From Bacteroidaceae bacterium (GTDB taxonomy: Bacteria; Bacteroidota; Bacteroidia; Bacteroidales; Bacteroidaceae): a stretch of DNA of 64,000 nucleotides. Both the position numbers and the translations under genes were made by a program. The DNA is taken from assembly GCA_024398665.1 (NCBI GenBank), contig JAKSIS010000002.1:4958-68957 (forward strand), given 5' to 3'. The notes below the pieces were generated by a model. The model was not told the origin of the DNA. It worked only from the letters and a program-made list of their open reading frames with translations, and did no database searches. This document shows, in pieces, positions 22,480 to 32,351 of this stretch; positions within the stretch are counted from its first letter, which is position 1, and each line of letters opens with the position of its first letter.

Positions 22480-22632
22480 CAGGTTTCTTTCGCTTGTTTT
22501 CGGACTGCGAAGATACGCATATTTTTCTACACCCCGCCCACATTGATGGCGCCTATTATGTCATTTCCGGCTTCAAACGCGCTACACATACCTTTTTTAT
22601 AATAAAAGATTGCAGTTGTCGCACCGTTTTGC

Positions 22633-22640
22633 TAAATTTG
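22633..22640 (+). promoter_or_regulatory. -7 box TAAATTTG for pnp, with an ATTG -33-like element 20 nt upstream
   Basis: Exact TAnnTTTG match 53 nt upstream of the pnp ATG. Confidence 0.5.
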
Positions 22641-22692
22641 CGCCGTTTTATGCACTGATTTTTTATTCGAGTTTTTTTTAATAACTGAAAAG

Positions 22693-24957
22693 ATGAACAT
22701 TGTAACAAAGAAATTCCAGCTTCCCGACGGAAGGGAAATCACGCTGGAGACCGGGAAACTGGCAAAGCAAGCCGATGGAGCCGTAATGCTGACATGTGGC
22801 AAAACGATGCTTCTGGCCACTGTCTGCGCCGCAAAAGATGCAGTTCCCGGAACTGATTTCATGCCCCTGCAGGTAGAGTACAGAGAAAAGTATGCTTCAA
22901 TAGGCCGTTTCCCCGGCGGTTTCACCAAGCGTGAAGGCCGTCCTTCGGACTATGAGATTCTGACCTGCCGTCTGGTGGACCGCGCCCTTCGCCCCCTGTT
23001 CCCGGACAACTATCATGCAGAAGTATTCGTAAACATCATACTCTTCTCCGCTGACGGCGAGCAGATGCCTGACGCTCTGGCAGGACTGGCAGCATCGGCC
23101 GCTCTGGCCGTATCGGACATTCCTTTCCAGGGTCCGATATCGGAAGTGCGCGTTGCACGCATTGACGGCCAGTATGTCATCGACCCCACATTCAAGCAGC
23201 TTGAACAGGCCGATATGGACGTGATGGTCGCAGCAACCTATGACAACATCATGATGGTCGAAGGTGAAATGAAGGAAGTCAGTGAAACTGACCTGCTCGG
23301 TGCCATGAAGGCCGCCCATGACGAAATAAAGAAGCACTGCAGGATACAGATGGAACTGACTGAGGAAGTCGGCAAGACCGTCAAACGCGAATACTGTCAC
23401 GAAATCAATGACGAGGACCTTCGTGCTGACCTCAAGAAAGTCACCTATCCCCTGGCATATGACGTCACAAAGCAGGCTCTCGAAAAGCAGGCCCGCGCTG
23501 AAGCTTTCGAAAAGATTGCCCAGGACTACAAGGATGCCTATGCAGCTGCACATGCAGACCTCACAGAAGACGAACTTGCAGAAAAGAACGCTCTCATAGA
23601 CCGTTATTTCATGGATGTGGAACGTGACGCCATGCGCCGCTGCATCCTTGACGAAGGCATACGCCTTGACGGCCGCAAGACCACTGACATACGTCCCATA
23701 TGGTGTGAGGTAGGCTATCTGCCCGGCCCTCACGGCTCATCAATATTCACCCGCGGCGAAACACAGTCACTGTGCTCGGTCACCCTGGGAACAAAGGACG
23801 ATGAGAAGATGGTTGACGATGTTCTTGACCAGCATGACGAACGTTTCCTGCTGCACTACAACTTCCCACCGTTCTGCACCGGTGAAGCAAAGGCACAGCG
23901 CAGCACAGGCCGCCGCGAGATCGGTCACGGCCATCTGGCATGGCGCGCTCTCAAGGGCCAGATTCCTGAGAACTATCCTTACTGCGTACGCGTGGTGTCC
24001 GATATTCTTGAATCGAACGGTTCATCATCAATGGCAACCGTCTGCGCAGGAACACTTGCACTTATGGATGCCGGTGTGAAGATCAAGAACCCCGTATCAG
24101 GTATTGCAATGGGTCTTATCAAGAACCCGGGTGAAGACAAGTATGCAGTCCTTTCCGATATTCTGGGTGACGAAGATCATCTGGGCGACATGGACTTCAA
24201 GACCACCGGTACCGTAAACGGCCTTACCGCAACACAGATGGACATCAAGTGTGACGGACTGTCATATGAGATTCTCGAAAAGGCTCTCGCCCAGGCAAAG
24301 GCAGGCCGCGAATATATACTTGGAAAGATTACGGACTGCATTGCAGAACCCCGTGAAGACCTCAAGCCCCACGCTCCCCGCATTGAAACCCTCACCATAC
24401 CCAAGGAGTTCATCGGAGCAGTCATTGGCCCGGGCGGAAAGATCATCCAGGGCATGCAGGAGGAAACCGGCGCCAGCATCAACATTGAAGAGATTGACGG
24501 TGTCGGAAAGATTGAAGTGGCAGCATCGAACCGCGACAGCATTGAAGCCGCTCTGGCCAAGATACGCGCCATTGTGGCCATTCCTGAAGTCGGTGAAGTA
24601 TATGACGGCAAGGTCCGCAGCGTAATGCCTTACGGACTGTTCGTTGAATTCCTGCCCGGCAAGGACGGTCTGCTCCACATCAGCGAGATTGACTGGAAGC
24701 GTTATGAGACAATTGAAGAAACCGGAATCAAGGAAGGTGACAAGATCCAGGTCAAGCTGATTGACATCGATCCCAAGACCGGCAAGTTCAAGCTGTCAAA
24801 GCGCGCCCTTACCGAAAAGCCTGAAGGTTATGAGGAGCGTCCCGCACGCCAGCCCCGTCAGGACCGTGGTGACCGCCCCGAACGCGGCGAACGCCGTGAA
24901 CGTGGTCCCCGCCGCAATGATGAAAGGAAAAACGGACAGCCGGATGAAGAGAAGTAA
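22693..24957 (+). CDS. pnp: Polyribonucleotide nucleotidyltransferase (PNPase)
   Basis: Two RNase PH domains, a KH domain and an S1 domain ([20 protein letters not shown]). The C-terminal tail is Arg/Glu-rich. Confidence 0.95.
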   Translation: MNIVTKKFQLPDGREITLETGKLAKQADGAVMLTCGKTMLLATVCAAKDAVPGTDFMPLQVEYREKYASIGRFPGGFTKREGRPSDYEILTCRLVDRALRPLFPDNYHAEVFVNIILFSADGEQMPDALAGLAASAALAVSDIPFQGPISEVRVARIDGQYVIDPTFKQLEQADMDVMVAATYDNIMMVEGEMKEVSETDLLGAMKAAHDEIKKHCRIQMELTEEVGKTVKREYCHEINDEDLRADLKKVTYPLAYDVTKQALEKQARAEAFEKIAQDYKDAYAAAHADLTEDELAEKNALIDRYFMDVERDAMRRCILDEGIRLDGRKTTDIRPIWCEVGYLPGPHGSSIFTRGETQSLCSVTLGTKDDEKMVDDVLDQHDERFLLHYNFPPFCTGEAKAQRSTGRREIGHGHLAWRALKGQIPENYPYCVRVVSDILESNGSSSMATVCAGTLALMDAGVKIKNPVSGIAMGLIKNPGEDKYAVLSDILGDEDHLGDMDFKTTGTVNGLTATQMDIKCDGLSYEILEKALAQAKAGREYILGKITDCIAEPREDLKPHAPRIETLTIPKEFIGAVIGPGGKIIQGMQEETGASINIEEIDGVGKIEVAASNRDSIEAALAKIRAIVAIPEVGEVYDGKVRSVMPYGLFVEFLPGKDGLLHISEIDWKRYETIEETGIKEGDKIQVKLIDIDPKTGKFKLSKRALTEKPEGYEERPARQPRQDRGDRPERGERRERGPRRNDERKNGQPDEEK

Positions 24958-26113
24958 TCTGCTCCTGCTGGCAGTGTCAATAATTGCAGCAGCCTGTCAA
25001 CCCGCAGTTGACAGGTTTGCTGTCAATGGACAGATATCCCAGGCCGACGGCAAAACCCTGTACCTTGACCACATGGGCCTTGACAAGGTTACCGTAACCG
25101 ATTCCGTAAAGCTGGGCGCCGACGGCTCATTCAGTTTCAGCCAGCCCGCACCGGACGGATGTTTTGACATATACCGCCTTCGTCTTGACGGACAGGTCAT
25201 AAGTCTTATCGTCGATTCGACTGAGACCATCACCGTCAGTGCATCCATGCCTGACATCCAGACCGGATACACCGTAAGCGGTTCAAAGGAATCGGCACAG
25301 CTCAAGGACCTGGTCATGTATCAGATGGACTTCATCAAGGAACTGAAACAGGCGTCGCAGCAATATGCCGGACCTGAAACAGGTGTCCGCCAGCAGCGTA
25401 TCAGTGAACTGGTCGATGTCTTCAAGTCAGACGTCATGATGGAGTATATCCTGCCGGACCCGTCAAGTGCTGTGGCCTATTACGCACTGTTCACGAGCGT
25501 GAACGGACAGTTGCTGTTCAATCCGCAGGCTGAACGCCAGGACGCCAAATGCTATGCCGCCGTCGCCACTCAGATGGACATGCTCTATCCCGATGCCGTG
25601 CGCACAAGACATCTGCACAATCTTGCACTCAAGTCAATGGGCAAGACAGCCCCTGCGGCACCTTTGTCGGATGAAAAGATACAGGAACTGTCCGCAAAGA
25701 TCAGCGAATCGGGACTCATTGACATTGAACTGCCTGACTATCAGGGAAAACAGCGTAAGCTGAGTGACCTGATAGGAAATGTAATTCTTCTTGATTTCAC
25801 GGCATTTGCAGCCAACTATTCCATCAATTACAATCTGAATCTGCGCCGTCTGTATGACATGTTCGCCGACAGGGGCCTGAGCATATATCAGATTTCATAT
25901 GACACGGACGTGCATTTCTGGACACAGTCAGCAGCCAATCTGCCGTGGACATGTGTCAGGGATGAAAGTTTCATGTCATCGGAATATCTGAAGCTGTACA
26001 ATGTACAGCAGCTTCCTACTGTATTCCTCATTGACCGTAACGGTGACATAGTTGACCGTCCGGCATCAACTGATGAACTGGAGGAGAAGATTGCAGCATT
26101 GCTGGACAAGTGA
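24944..26113 (+). CDS. Lipoprotein with thioredoxin-like (TlpA/AhpC) fold lacking a CxxC motif
   Basis: Lipobox [10 protein letters not shown]. The C-terminal thioredoxin-fold pattern (ILLDFTAF...[14 protein letters not shown]) reads TAFAANYS where WCxxC is expected. Start at ATG 24944 overlaps the pnp end. Confidence 0.65.
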   Translation: MKRSNLLLLAVSIIAAACQPAVDRFAVNGQISQADGKTLYLDHMGLDKVTVTDSVKLGADGSFSFSQPAPDGCFDIYRLRLDGQVISLIVDSTETITVSASMPDIQTGYTVSGSKESAQLKDLVMYQMDFIKELKQASQQYAGPETGVRQQRISELVDVFKSDVMMEYILPDPSSAVAYYALFTSVNGQLLFNPQAERQDAKCYAAVATQMDMLYPDAVRTRHLHNLALKSMGKTAPAAPLSDEKIQELSAKISESGLIDIELPDYQGKQRKLSDLIGNVILLDFTAFAANYSINYNLNLRRLYDMFADRGLSIYQISYDTDVHFWTQSAANLPWTCVRDESFMSSEYLKLYNVQQLPTVFLIDRNGDIVDRPASTDELEEKIAALLDK

Positions 26114-26153
26114 AAAAAAAGGCTGAATTGTTGGGAAGGATAAGTTTTAATCC

Positions 26154-26161
26154 TATCTTTG
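26154..26161 (+). promoter_or_regulatory. -7 box TATCTTTG upstream of a short terminated leader before greA
   Basis: Exact TAnnTTTG match. A GTTG -33-like element lies 20 nt upstream. Confidence 0.45.
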
Positions 26162-26190
26162 CATAGACTTCTTCGACTGGATAAGTCAGG

Positions 26191-26228
26191 GTTCCAACAT
26201 AAGAACAAGTATGTTGGAATTCTTTTTT
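26191..26228 (+). terminator. Intrinsic terminator (greA leader and/or the upstream lipoprotein gene)
   Basis: Stem UUCCAACAU / AUGUUGGAA (9 bp, extendable by two G-U pairs), 10-nt loop, then UUCUUUUUU. Confidence 0.6.
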
Positions 26229-26274
26229 ATCCTTTCGATAAGCATCAATGTATAATTGACAAAATATTGATATT

Positions 26275-26739
26275 ATGGCATATATGTCAGAAGAGGGCTA
26301 CAAGAAACTGGTAGCCGAATTGCAGTATCTGGAGGGTGTTCGCCGTCCGGAAATAATCCAGCAGATTGCTGAAGCCCGTGACAAGGGTGATTTGTCCGAG
26401 AATGCAGAGTATGATGCAGCCAAGGAGGCTCAGGGTATGCTTGAGGCCAAGATAGCAACCATCAAGGCTCAGATAGCCGATGCGAAGATCATTGACGAAA
26501 CCAAGATTGACACGTCGACTGTCCAGATTCTTACAAAGGTCAAGATCCGCAACACGAAGAACAATGCCGTATTCACATACGCCATCGTTCCTGAAAGCGA
26601 AGCCAATCTCAAGGAGTTCAAGATCTCCAGCAACACCCCCATAGCCAAGGGACTTCTTGGCCGCAAGGTAGGTGAGGTTGCTGAAATCAGGGTCCCCAAC
26701 GGAATCCTCTCATTTGAAATTCTTGAAATTACACTCTGA
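26275..26739 (+). CDS. greA: Transcription elongation factor GreA
   Basis: 154 aa with an N-terminal coiled coil carrying DLSENAEYDAAKE and a C-terminal FKBP-like domain. Confidence 0.93.
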   Translation: MAYMSEEGYKKLVAELQYLEGVRRPEIIQQIAEARDKGDLSENAEYDAAKEAQGMLEAKIATIKAQIADAKIIDETKIDTSTVQILTKVKIRNTKNNAVFTYAIVPESEANLKEFKISSNTPIAKGLLGRKVGEVAEIRVPNGILSFEILEITL

Positions 26740-26741
26740 AC

Positions 26742-27131
26742 ATGACAATATTCAGCAGAATCATTGCAGGAGAAATACCCTGCTACAAGATAGCGGAAAC
26801 TGAAAGCTGTTTTGCATTTCTGGACATCAACCCTCTTGTAAAGGGTCATGTGCTGTGTATCCCCAAGCGTGAGGTTGACTATCTGTTTGACCTGACAGAT
26901 CAGGAACTTTGCGACCTGCAGCTGTTCGCCAGAAAGATTGCCGCAGCCCAGAAGAAGGTCTTCGGCTGTGTCAAGGTAGGCCAGGCCGTACTGGGTCTTG
27001 AAGTTCCCCACGCACACATCCACCTCATTCCCATGCAGTCGGAAAAGGATATGCTGTTCAGTAATCCGAAACTGAAACTGAGCGAAGAGGAATTCCAGAA
27101 AATTGCCGCTGATATCCGCGCTGCGCTTTGA
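26742..27131 (+). CDS. HIT-family nucleotide hydrolase/transferase
   Basis: Histidine triad VPHAHIHLIP; 129 aa. Confidence 0.9.
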   Translation: MTIFSRIIAGEIPCYKIAETESCFAFLDINPLVKGHVLCIPKREVDYLFDLTDQELCDLQLFARKIAAAQKKVFGCVKVGQAVLGLEVPHAHIHLIPMQSEKDMLFSNPKLKLSEEEFQKIAADIRAAL

Positions 27132-27165
27132 TTAATCGCAGAGAGAGAGAATGCCGCAAAGGTTC

Positions 27166-27199
27166 TCCCCGGGCTGTCAAGCCTGGGGATTTTTATTTT
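27166..27199 (+). terminator. Rho-independent terminator of the greA-HIT unit
   Basis: Stem UCCCCGGGC / GCCUGGGGA (one G-U pair on plus-strand RNA) followed by UUUUUAUUUU. The tail overlaps the stop of the convergent gene. Confidence 0.65.
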
Positions 27200-28680
27200 C
27201 TGCGGAAATACTTGCCGACCACCGGAAGGCTTGCAGCCGGCAGGTCCTTCTTTAGTATGAAGGCTATGTATATGCAGATCAGGACAGTGTTGATGAGCAG
27301 GCTCAGCCACGTTGCAAACGGTTTGCAACCAAGATAAATGACATATAGAACGGCAGCCAGCAGCACATACCGGCCTATCTCCTTCAAAGGATAGGCAATG
27401 TAGCCTTTTTTCTGACCAATGAAATAGGACATGAGCATACATGTGCCGTAACCTGCAAATCCGCCCCATGCACAGGCCATGTAACCAACTTTCGGAACGA
27501 ATATCACGTTGATGGCAATCATTACGGCAGCACCGGTTGCGCTCATGACGGCTCCCCACCAGGTCTGGTCGCTCAGTTTGTACCAGAACGAAAGGTTGAA
27601 ATAAATGCCCATGAAAAGTTCGGCCATCATGACTATGGGGACAACATCCAGTCCGACCCAGTATTCATGGTTGGTTACCAGATATCGGAATAGAGGCAGA
27701 TAGAACATGACTCCGAGAAATGCCAGTATGCCGAAAATTATGAAATACTTCATGCCCTGTGCCAGCGTCTCAGTAGAATTCCTGTCTTTTGACCCGCCGA
27801 ATACGAACGGTTCATAAGCATAGCGGAAAGCCTGTGTCAGCAGGCTCAGTATCATTGCGATCTTGCAGCATGCCCCGTAAATGCCAAGCTGGACACGTCC
27901 TTCTTCACCTTCAACAAGCTTGGGGTAAGCCATCTTGTCGAACACCTGGTTGAGTATTCCTACCAGTCCGAGAAGCAGGATTGGCCATGCGTATGCAAGC
28001 ATCCGTTTTGCAAGTTTTCCATCGAACCCGAATGTAATTCCCTTCAGTTCTTTAAGGAACCCGAATGTGACTAGGAAAGTACAGATCAGATTGACAAAGA
28101 ATATCAGTCCTACACCATAATCATACCTTATATATATGTCCTGGAGAGCGGGCATGATTCCGAACAGTTTGGGCAGGAGCCAGAATACGGCAACATTCAG
28201 GATTACATTGGGAATGATGAACGCCATTTTCAGCATCATGAACTTAATGGGACGGTGCTGCTGACGCAAGCGGCTGAACATGATGGCCTGGAACGCGTCA
28301 AGCACCCCGATTATGGCAAAGCATGCCACGTATTCCGGATGGTTCGTATACTCAAGATAACCGGCTATGGGGCCAAGGAAACAGAAAACCAGTGCAAGGA
28401 AAACAAGTCCGATGCCGCCCACCAGGCGCAGTGCGGTGCTGTATACCATATTCTGGTCCTCACCATCCTTGTTCGCGAAACGGAAGAAGGTGGTCTCCAT
28501 ACCGAACGTAAGCAGGACGAACAGCAAAGCAGCCCATGCGTACATGTTCGACACTATGCCGTATCCGCCGCTCCGGGGGTCAATATAGTGGGTGTGCAGC
28601 GGTACCAGCAGGTAGTTCAGGAACCTGCCTACAATGCTGCTGAGCCCGTAAATTGCCGTGTCCTTGGCCAGCGTGGCCAT
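27193..28680 (-). CDS. MOP-superfamily oligosaccharide/polysaccharide flippase (Wzx-like)
   Basis: About 14 TM helices. N-terminus LAKDTAIYGLSSIVGRFLNYLLVP is typical of polysaccharide biosynthesis flippases. Start set to ATG 28678-28680. Confidence 0.75.
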   Translation of the reverse strand: MATLAKDTAIYGLSSIVGRFLNYLLVPLHTHYIDPRSGGYGIVSNMYAWAALLFVLLTFGMETTFFRFANKDGEDQNMVYSTALRLVGGIGLVFLALVFCFLGPIAGYLEYTNHPEYVACFAIIGVLDAFQAIMFSRLRQQHRPIKFMMLKMAFIIPNVILNVAVFWLLPKLFGIMPALQDIYIRYDYGVGLIFFVNLICTFLVTFGFLKELKGITFGFDGKLAKRMLAYAWPILLLGLVGILNQVFDKMAYPKLVEGEEGRVQLGIYGACCKIAMILSLLTQAFRYAYEPFVFGGSKDRNSTETLAQGMKYFIIFGILAFLGVMFYLPLFRYLVTNHEYWVGLDVVPIVMMAELFMGIYFNLSFWYKLSDQTWWGAVMSATGAAVMIAINVIFVPKVGYMACAWGGFAGYGTCMLMSYFIGQKKGYIAYPLKEIGRYVLLAAVLYVIYLGCKPFATWLSLLINTVLICIYIAFILKKDLPAASLPVVGKYFRRK

Positions 28681-28723
28681 CTTTCCCTGTCCCATAGCCT
28701 TCCTCAACAAATCCGGCACATGA

Positions 28724-30052
28724 TCATTGCCGGTGTGCTTCGTCAAACATCCTGAGCCTTTCTTCCAGCAGCGGGAACTGGTCATCACGTATGTTCGATG
28801 AACAGCCGCGTATTCCCTGACGTGTACTGCCTGTTGATTTCAGTGTTATGCCGCTGATTCCGTAGTACAGCAGTTCGTGAAGCAGCTGGCCACCTTCCAT
28901 GGGTGTGCCGTCAGGCAGATTGTAGCTGAAGGTAAAGAAGAAACCGTCGCTGACATCCTCATCAAGGTCCTTGTCATAAGTGATGGAGAACCCGTTACGC
29001 AGCAGGGCGGCCTTGATTTTTTCAGTGCGGCGCGCATATTCGCGTATGTCCTCACGGAACCTGTAGTCACCGTCACATGCAGCCTTGAGCATTGCAGCCA
29101 TGGCAAACTGTACAGAATGGGTTACGCCCGATGACATGGCATACAGCATGTCGTAGGCATAAACGGCACCGAAACGCGAAATGCTGTAGCGTTTCTGCAG
29201 GGTCTCATAGCTGCGAACGAACAGTTTGTCCGATATGCATGCAACGGCAATGCGCTCACCGGCATAGCTGAATATCTTGCTGCCGGAAAGCATCATGATG
29301 TAGTTGTCCGTATAATGTGACACACTTACCTGATATGGTGCCTTGAACGGTACGCCAAGTCCTTCACGACGGAAATCCATGGTCATGTACGCAAGGTCCT
29401 CAAGTATTATTGTGTCATATTTTGTGGCCAGTTCACCGATGGTTTTTATCTCACCTTCTGTCAGACACATCCAGCTGGGGTTATTCGGATTCGAATAGAC
29501 TATGCAGCATATGTTGCCGTTCTTCAGGTAGCTTTCCAACTTTGGAGCCAGCTTTTCGGCTCGGAAGTCAGCCACATCGAATGATGCTGTCTTTACGCCC
29601 ATGACATTTGCCTGCATTTTCTGTACAGGGAAACCGGGATCGATGTAAAGGATTGTATCTTTCTTGGGGTCCAGTTGCGAGCACAGCAGGAATGCTGCAA
29701 ATGTGCCCTGCATAGCTCCGCAGGTGGGTGTGCAGTGGGCGGCCTCAATGTCCGTGTTGATGAATGCCTTGACAAAGCGGGCTGCCTGTTCCTTTAGTTC
29801 GGGTATGCCTTCAATGTTAGGGTATTTTGATGCGACTCCGCGGTCCAGAGCCTCTTTCTGGGCCTTGATACCGACAGCCGACGGCGGTATGCCGGGCACA
29901 CCCATTTCAAAATGGATGAACTCCTGACCGGTAACCTTTTCAGCATTCATTTCGCAGGCAAGCACCTGGCGTATCGATGCCCTGTTCAGGTCAGTTATCT
30001 CGATCTGCCTGAAGTAATCGTCAATGACGTTTGCAGGAATTAGCGTTTTCAT
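28724..30052 (-). CDS. Class I/II PLP-dependent aminotransferase
   Basis: 442 aa. The PLP-lysine motif is LSGSKIFSYAGERI. It lies 6 nt downstream of iorB on the same strand. Confidence 0.85.
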   Translation of the reverse strand: MKTLIPANVIDDYFRQIEITDLNRASIRQVLACEMNAEKVTGQEFIHFEMGVPGIPPSAVGIKAQKEALDRGVASKYPNIEGIPELKEQAARFVKAFINTDIEAAHCTPTCGAMQGTFAAFLLCSQLDPKKDTILYIDPGFPVQKMQANVMGVKTASFDVADFRAEKLAPKLESYLKNGNICCIVYSNPNNPSWMCLTEGEIKTIGELATKYDTIILEDLAYMTMDFRREGLGVPFKAPYQVSVSHYTDNYIMMLSGSKIFSYAGERIAVACISDKLFVRSYETLQKRYSISRFGAVYAYDMLYAMSSGVTHSVQFAMAAMLKAACDGDYRFREDIREYARRTEKIKAALLRNGFSITYDKDLDEDVSDGFFFTFSYNLPDGTPMEGGQLLHELLYYGISGITLKSTGSTRQGIRGCSSNIRDDQFPLLEERLRMFDEAHRQ

Positions 30053-30058
30053 CGGGAT

Positions 30059-30631
30059 TTATTCGCAGCTGCGGCCTATTTCCAGGGCCTTGATGTTCAT
30101 GTCAACTATTGCATCGCCCTTGGCGCCGAAAATGGTACGGACGCTTTCGCAGAGCTTTTCAAAACTTATGCTCTTCAAGGCCTTGGAAGCGGCGCCCAGC
30201 AGTATCATGTTAACGGCCTTGGGCATGCGGTTCTCCTTGCCCAGACTGTCCGTATCAATCAGAATGACGTTATCCAACTGCTTCAGCTCACCTATGACCG
30301 CATCAATGTCCGGATAGTTGCCTATATTGACGAACGGATTCGATGAAGTGATTATCCAGCCGTCAGTTGACAGGTACTGCTTGTAGCGCAGTGCCTCCAT
30401 CGGCTCCATTGCAATTATGATGTCAGCCTGCCCAAGAGCTATCAGGTCGCTTGCTATGGGTTTGTCCGATATGCGCAGATTGGACTGTACGTCACCACCG
30501 CGCTGGCTCATTCCGTGGACTTCGGCCTGCTTTATGTAAAGGTCCTCAGTAAGAGCGGCCTGACCTATGACGGTTGCTATTGAGAGGATACCCTGTCCTC
30601 CAACTCCTGCAAGAATAATGTCTGTCTTCAT
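30059..30631 (-). CDS. iorB: Indolepyruvate:ferredoxin oxidoreductase subunit beta
   Basis: MKTDIILAGVGGQGILS is typical of the OFOR gamma-like subunit. ATGA overlap with the iorA stop. Confidence 0.88.
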   Translation of the reverse strand: MKTDIILAGVGGQGILSIATVIGQAALTEDLYIKQAEVHGMSQRGGDVQSNLRISDKPIASDLIALGQADIIIAMEPMEALRYKQYLSTDGWIITSSNPFVNIGNYPDIDAVIGELKQLDNVILIDTDSLGKENRMPKAVNMILLGAASKALKSISFEKLCESVRTIFGAKGDAIVDMNIKALEIGRSCE

Positions 30632-32235
30632 TTCTGTGCGGCTTTTGCTTTTGCCTTGCGGGCAAGTGTCTGTATGCATTCGCGGCGCGGTATGATTACT
30701 GACAGTCCGCGGTATTCAATCTCTTCACGCAGCGTGCGTGTAATCTCCTCCATGTTCTGCGGCAGGGGAACGACAACCTTCAGGTGCTCAGGGTCAACTC
30801 CGATTCCACGGCATATGGCTTCGAACTTGTTCGTTCCAGCCGAATCCTGACCGCCGGTCATGCCTGTAGTCAGATTGTCGCTTATGATGACTGTAATGGG
30901 AGCGTTGGCATTCACGGCGTCAAGCAGTCCTGTCATGCCGGAATGGGTAAATGTGCTGTCACCTATTATTGCAACTGCCGGGAACACGCCTGCGTCACTG
31001 GCGCCCTTTGCCATGGTTATGCTGGCACCCATGTCAACGGTGCTGTCAAGGGCCTGGAAAGGAGGCAGGGCTCCAAGTGTGTAGCAGCCTATGTCACCGA
31101 ACACTTTTGCGTCCTTGTAGTCTTTCAGCACCAGGTTTATGGCCTCATATACGCTGCGGTGGCCGCAACCCTGACACAGTGCCGGAGGACGTGCCACAAT
31201 GTTTGCAGCAACTTCAGGATGCGGCAGCACAGGTATTCCCAGAGCGGCCTTCACAATGTCAGGATTCAGTTCACCCTGACGCGGAAGCGCACCTGACAGG
31301 CGTCCTGTAATTTCGCAGTCCGATGGAAGTATGCCCTTTATCTGCTCTTCAACAAACGGCTGTCCGTCTTCAATCACAAGTATCCTGTCACACTGTTCGG
31401 CCATTGTGCGTACGGTCTCAGCCGGTATTGGGTACTGTGAAAGTTTCATAACCGGGAAAGGAATGCCATCAGGATAGCATTCTGACAGGTAGTTGTATGC
31501 GTTGCCGCACGCAATGGCACCCATCTTGAATCTTTTGGCATCGGCCTTGAAACTGTTGAACGGCGATTCAACGGCCAGGCGCATTATTTCAGGCTGGCGC
31601 TCCAGCATTGAAGCGTAACGGCGTTTTGCTATTGCAGGGAGCAGCACCCAGTCACGGCTGCCGCTTACCGGATTCAAAGCGTTCTGATCCCGTTTTTCAC
31701 CAAGCGTCACCACGGCACGTGAATGGGCCAGACGGGTTACGGTACGCATCAGAACAGGAAGTTTCAAAGTTTCAGACATGTCATACGCATAAGCCATCAT
31801 ATTGTAGGCTTCCTGCTGTGAAGAAGGTTCCAGTATGGGGAGCAGTGCGAACTTGCCGTAGAAACGCGTGTCCTGTTCATCCTGTGATGAATGCATTGAA
31901 GGGTCATCAGCCACAAGAACGACAATACCACCGTTCACGCCGGTGATTGACGAGTTCACGAACGGGTCTGCGGCCACGTTCATACCTACATGCTTCATGC
32001 AGACCAGGGCGCGTTTTCCGGCAAATGACATGCCGAGCGCGGCTTCCATTGCGGTCTTTTCATTCACGCACCAGCGGTTGTGGATCTTTTCGTCAGGGTT
32101 CCTGCTGCAGTAGCCCTGAATATATTCGGTTATTTCAGTCGAGGGTGTTCCGGGATAGGCGTAGACTCCGCTCAGTCCGGCATCAATTGCACCCTGCGCA
32201 ATGGCTTCATCGCCAAGTAACAGTTTCTTTGCCAT
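30628..32235 (-). CDS. iorA: Indolepyruvate:ferredoxin oxidoreductase subunit alpha
   Basis: 535 aa with pyrimidine-binding and TPP-binding domains (GDSTFTHSG) and a Cys motif LCQGCGH. Confidence 0.9.
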   Translation of the reverse strand: MAKKLLLGDEAIAQGAIDAGLSGVYAYPGTPSTEITEYIQGYCSRNPDEKIHNRWCVNEKTAMEAALGMSFAGKRALVCMKHVGMNVAADPFVNSSITGVNGGIVVLVADDPSMHSSQDEQDTRFYGKFALLPILEPSSQQEAYNMMAYAYDMSETLKLPVLMRTVTRLAHSRAVVTLGEKRDQNALNPVSGSRDWVLLPAIAKRRYASMLERQPEIMRLAVESPFNSFKADAKRFKMGAIACGNAYNYLSECYPDGIPFPVMKLSQYPIPAETVRTMAEQCDRILVIEDGQPFVEEQIKGILPSDCEITGRLSGALPRQGELNPDIVKAALGIPVLPHPEVAANIVARPPALCQGCGHRSVYEAINLVLKDYKDAKVFGDIGCYTLGALPPFQALDSTVDMGASITMAKGASDAGVFPAVAIIGDSTFTHSGMTGLLDAVNANAPITVIISDNLTTGMTGGQDSAGTNKFEAICRGIGVDPEHLKVVVPLPQNMEEITRTLREEIEYRGLSVIIPRRECIQTLARKAKAKAAQK

Positions 32236-32260
32236 TTTGAAAGTTTGATGTCTTGGAATG

Positions 32261-32268
32261 CAAATATC
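32261..32268 (-). promoter_or_regulatory. Possible internal promoter for iorAB (GATATTTG, 5 of the 6 fixed positions of TAnnTTTG)
   Basis: Plus-strand CAAATATC lies 26 nt upstream of the iorA ATG, just downstream of the internal terminator. Confidence 0.3.
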
Positions 32269-32288
32269 CTAATTTTTCTTCTAAAGTC

Positions 32289-32320
32289 AAAAAGGGAAAC
32301 CGGCTATCAGGCCGGTCCCC
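32289..32320 (-). terminator. Intrinsic terminator between the SSS permease and iorA
   Basis: Minus-strand RNA has arms GGGGACCGGC and GCCGGUUUCCC (10 bp, one bulge) followed by UUUUU. It lies 30 nt after the permease stop. Confidence 0.55.
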
Positions 32321-32351
32321 TTGAAAAAGACTATTGTGTTTTAACGGTAAG

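Noticed and set aside
22897-23733. 278-aa minus-strand ORF inside pnp. Similar long shadow ORFs occur at 34286-35137, 37210-38067, 38988-39701 and 49349-50173.
   Set aside because: Each is antisense to a gene with strong family motifs (pnp, paaK, M28, cysS, Lrp/Ig-like). None has a motif, a promoter box or its own intergenic space.
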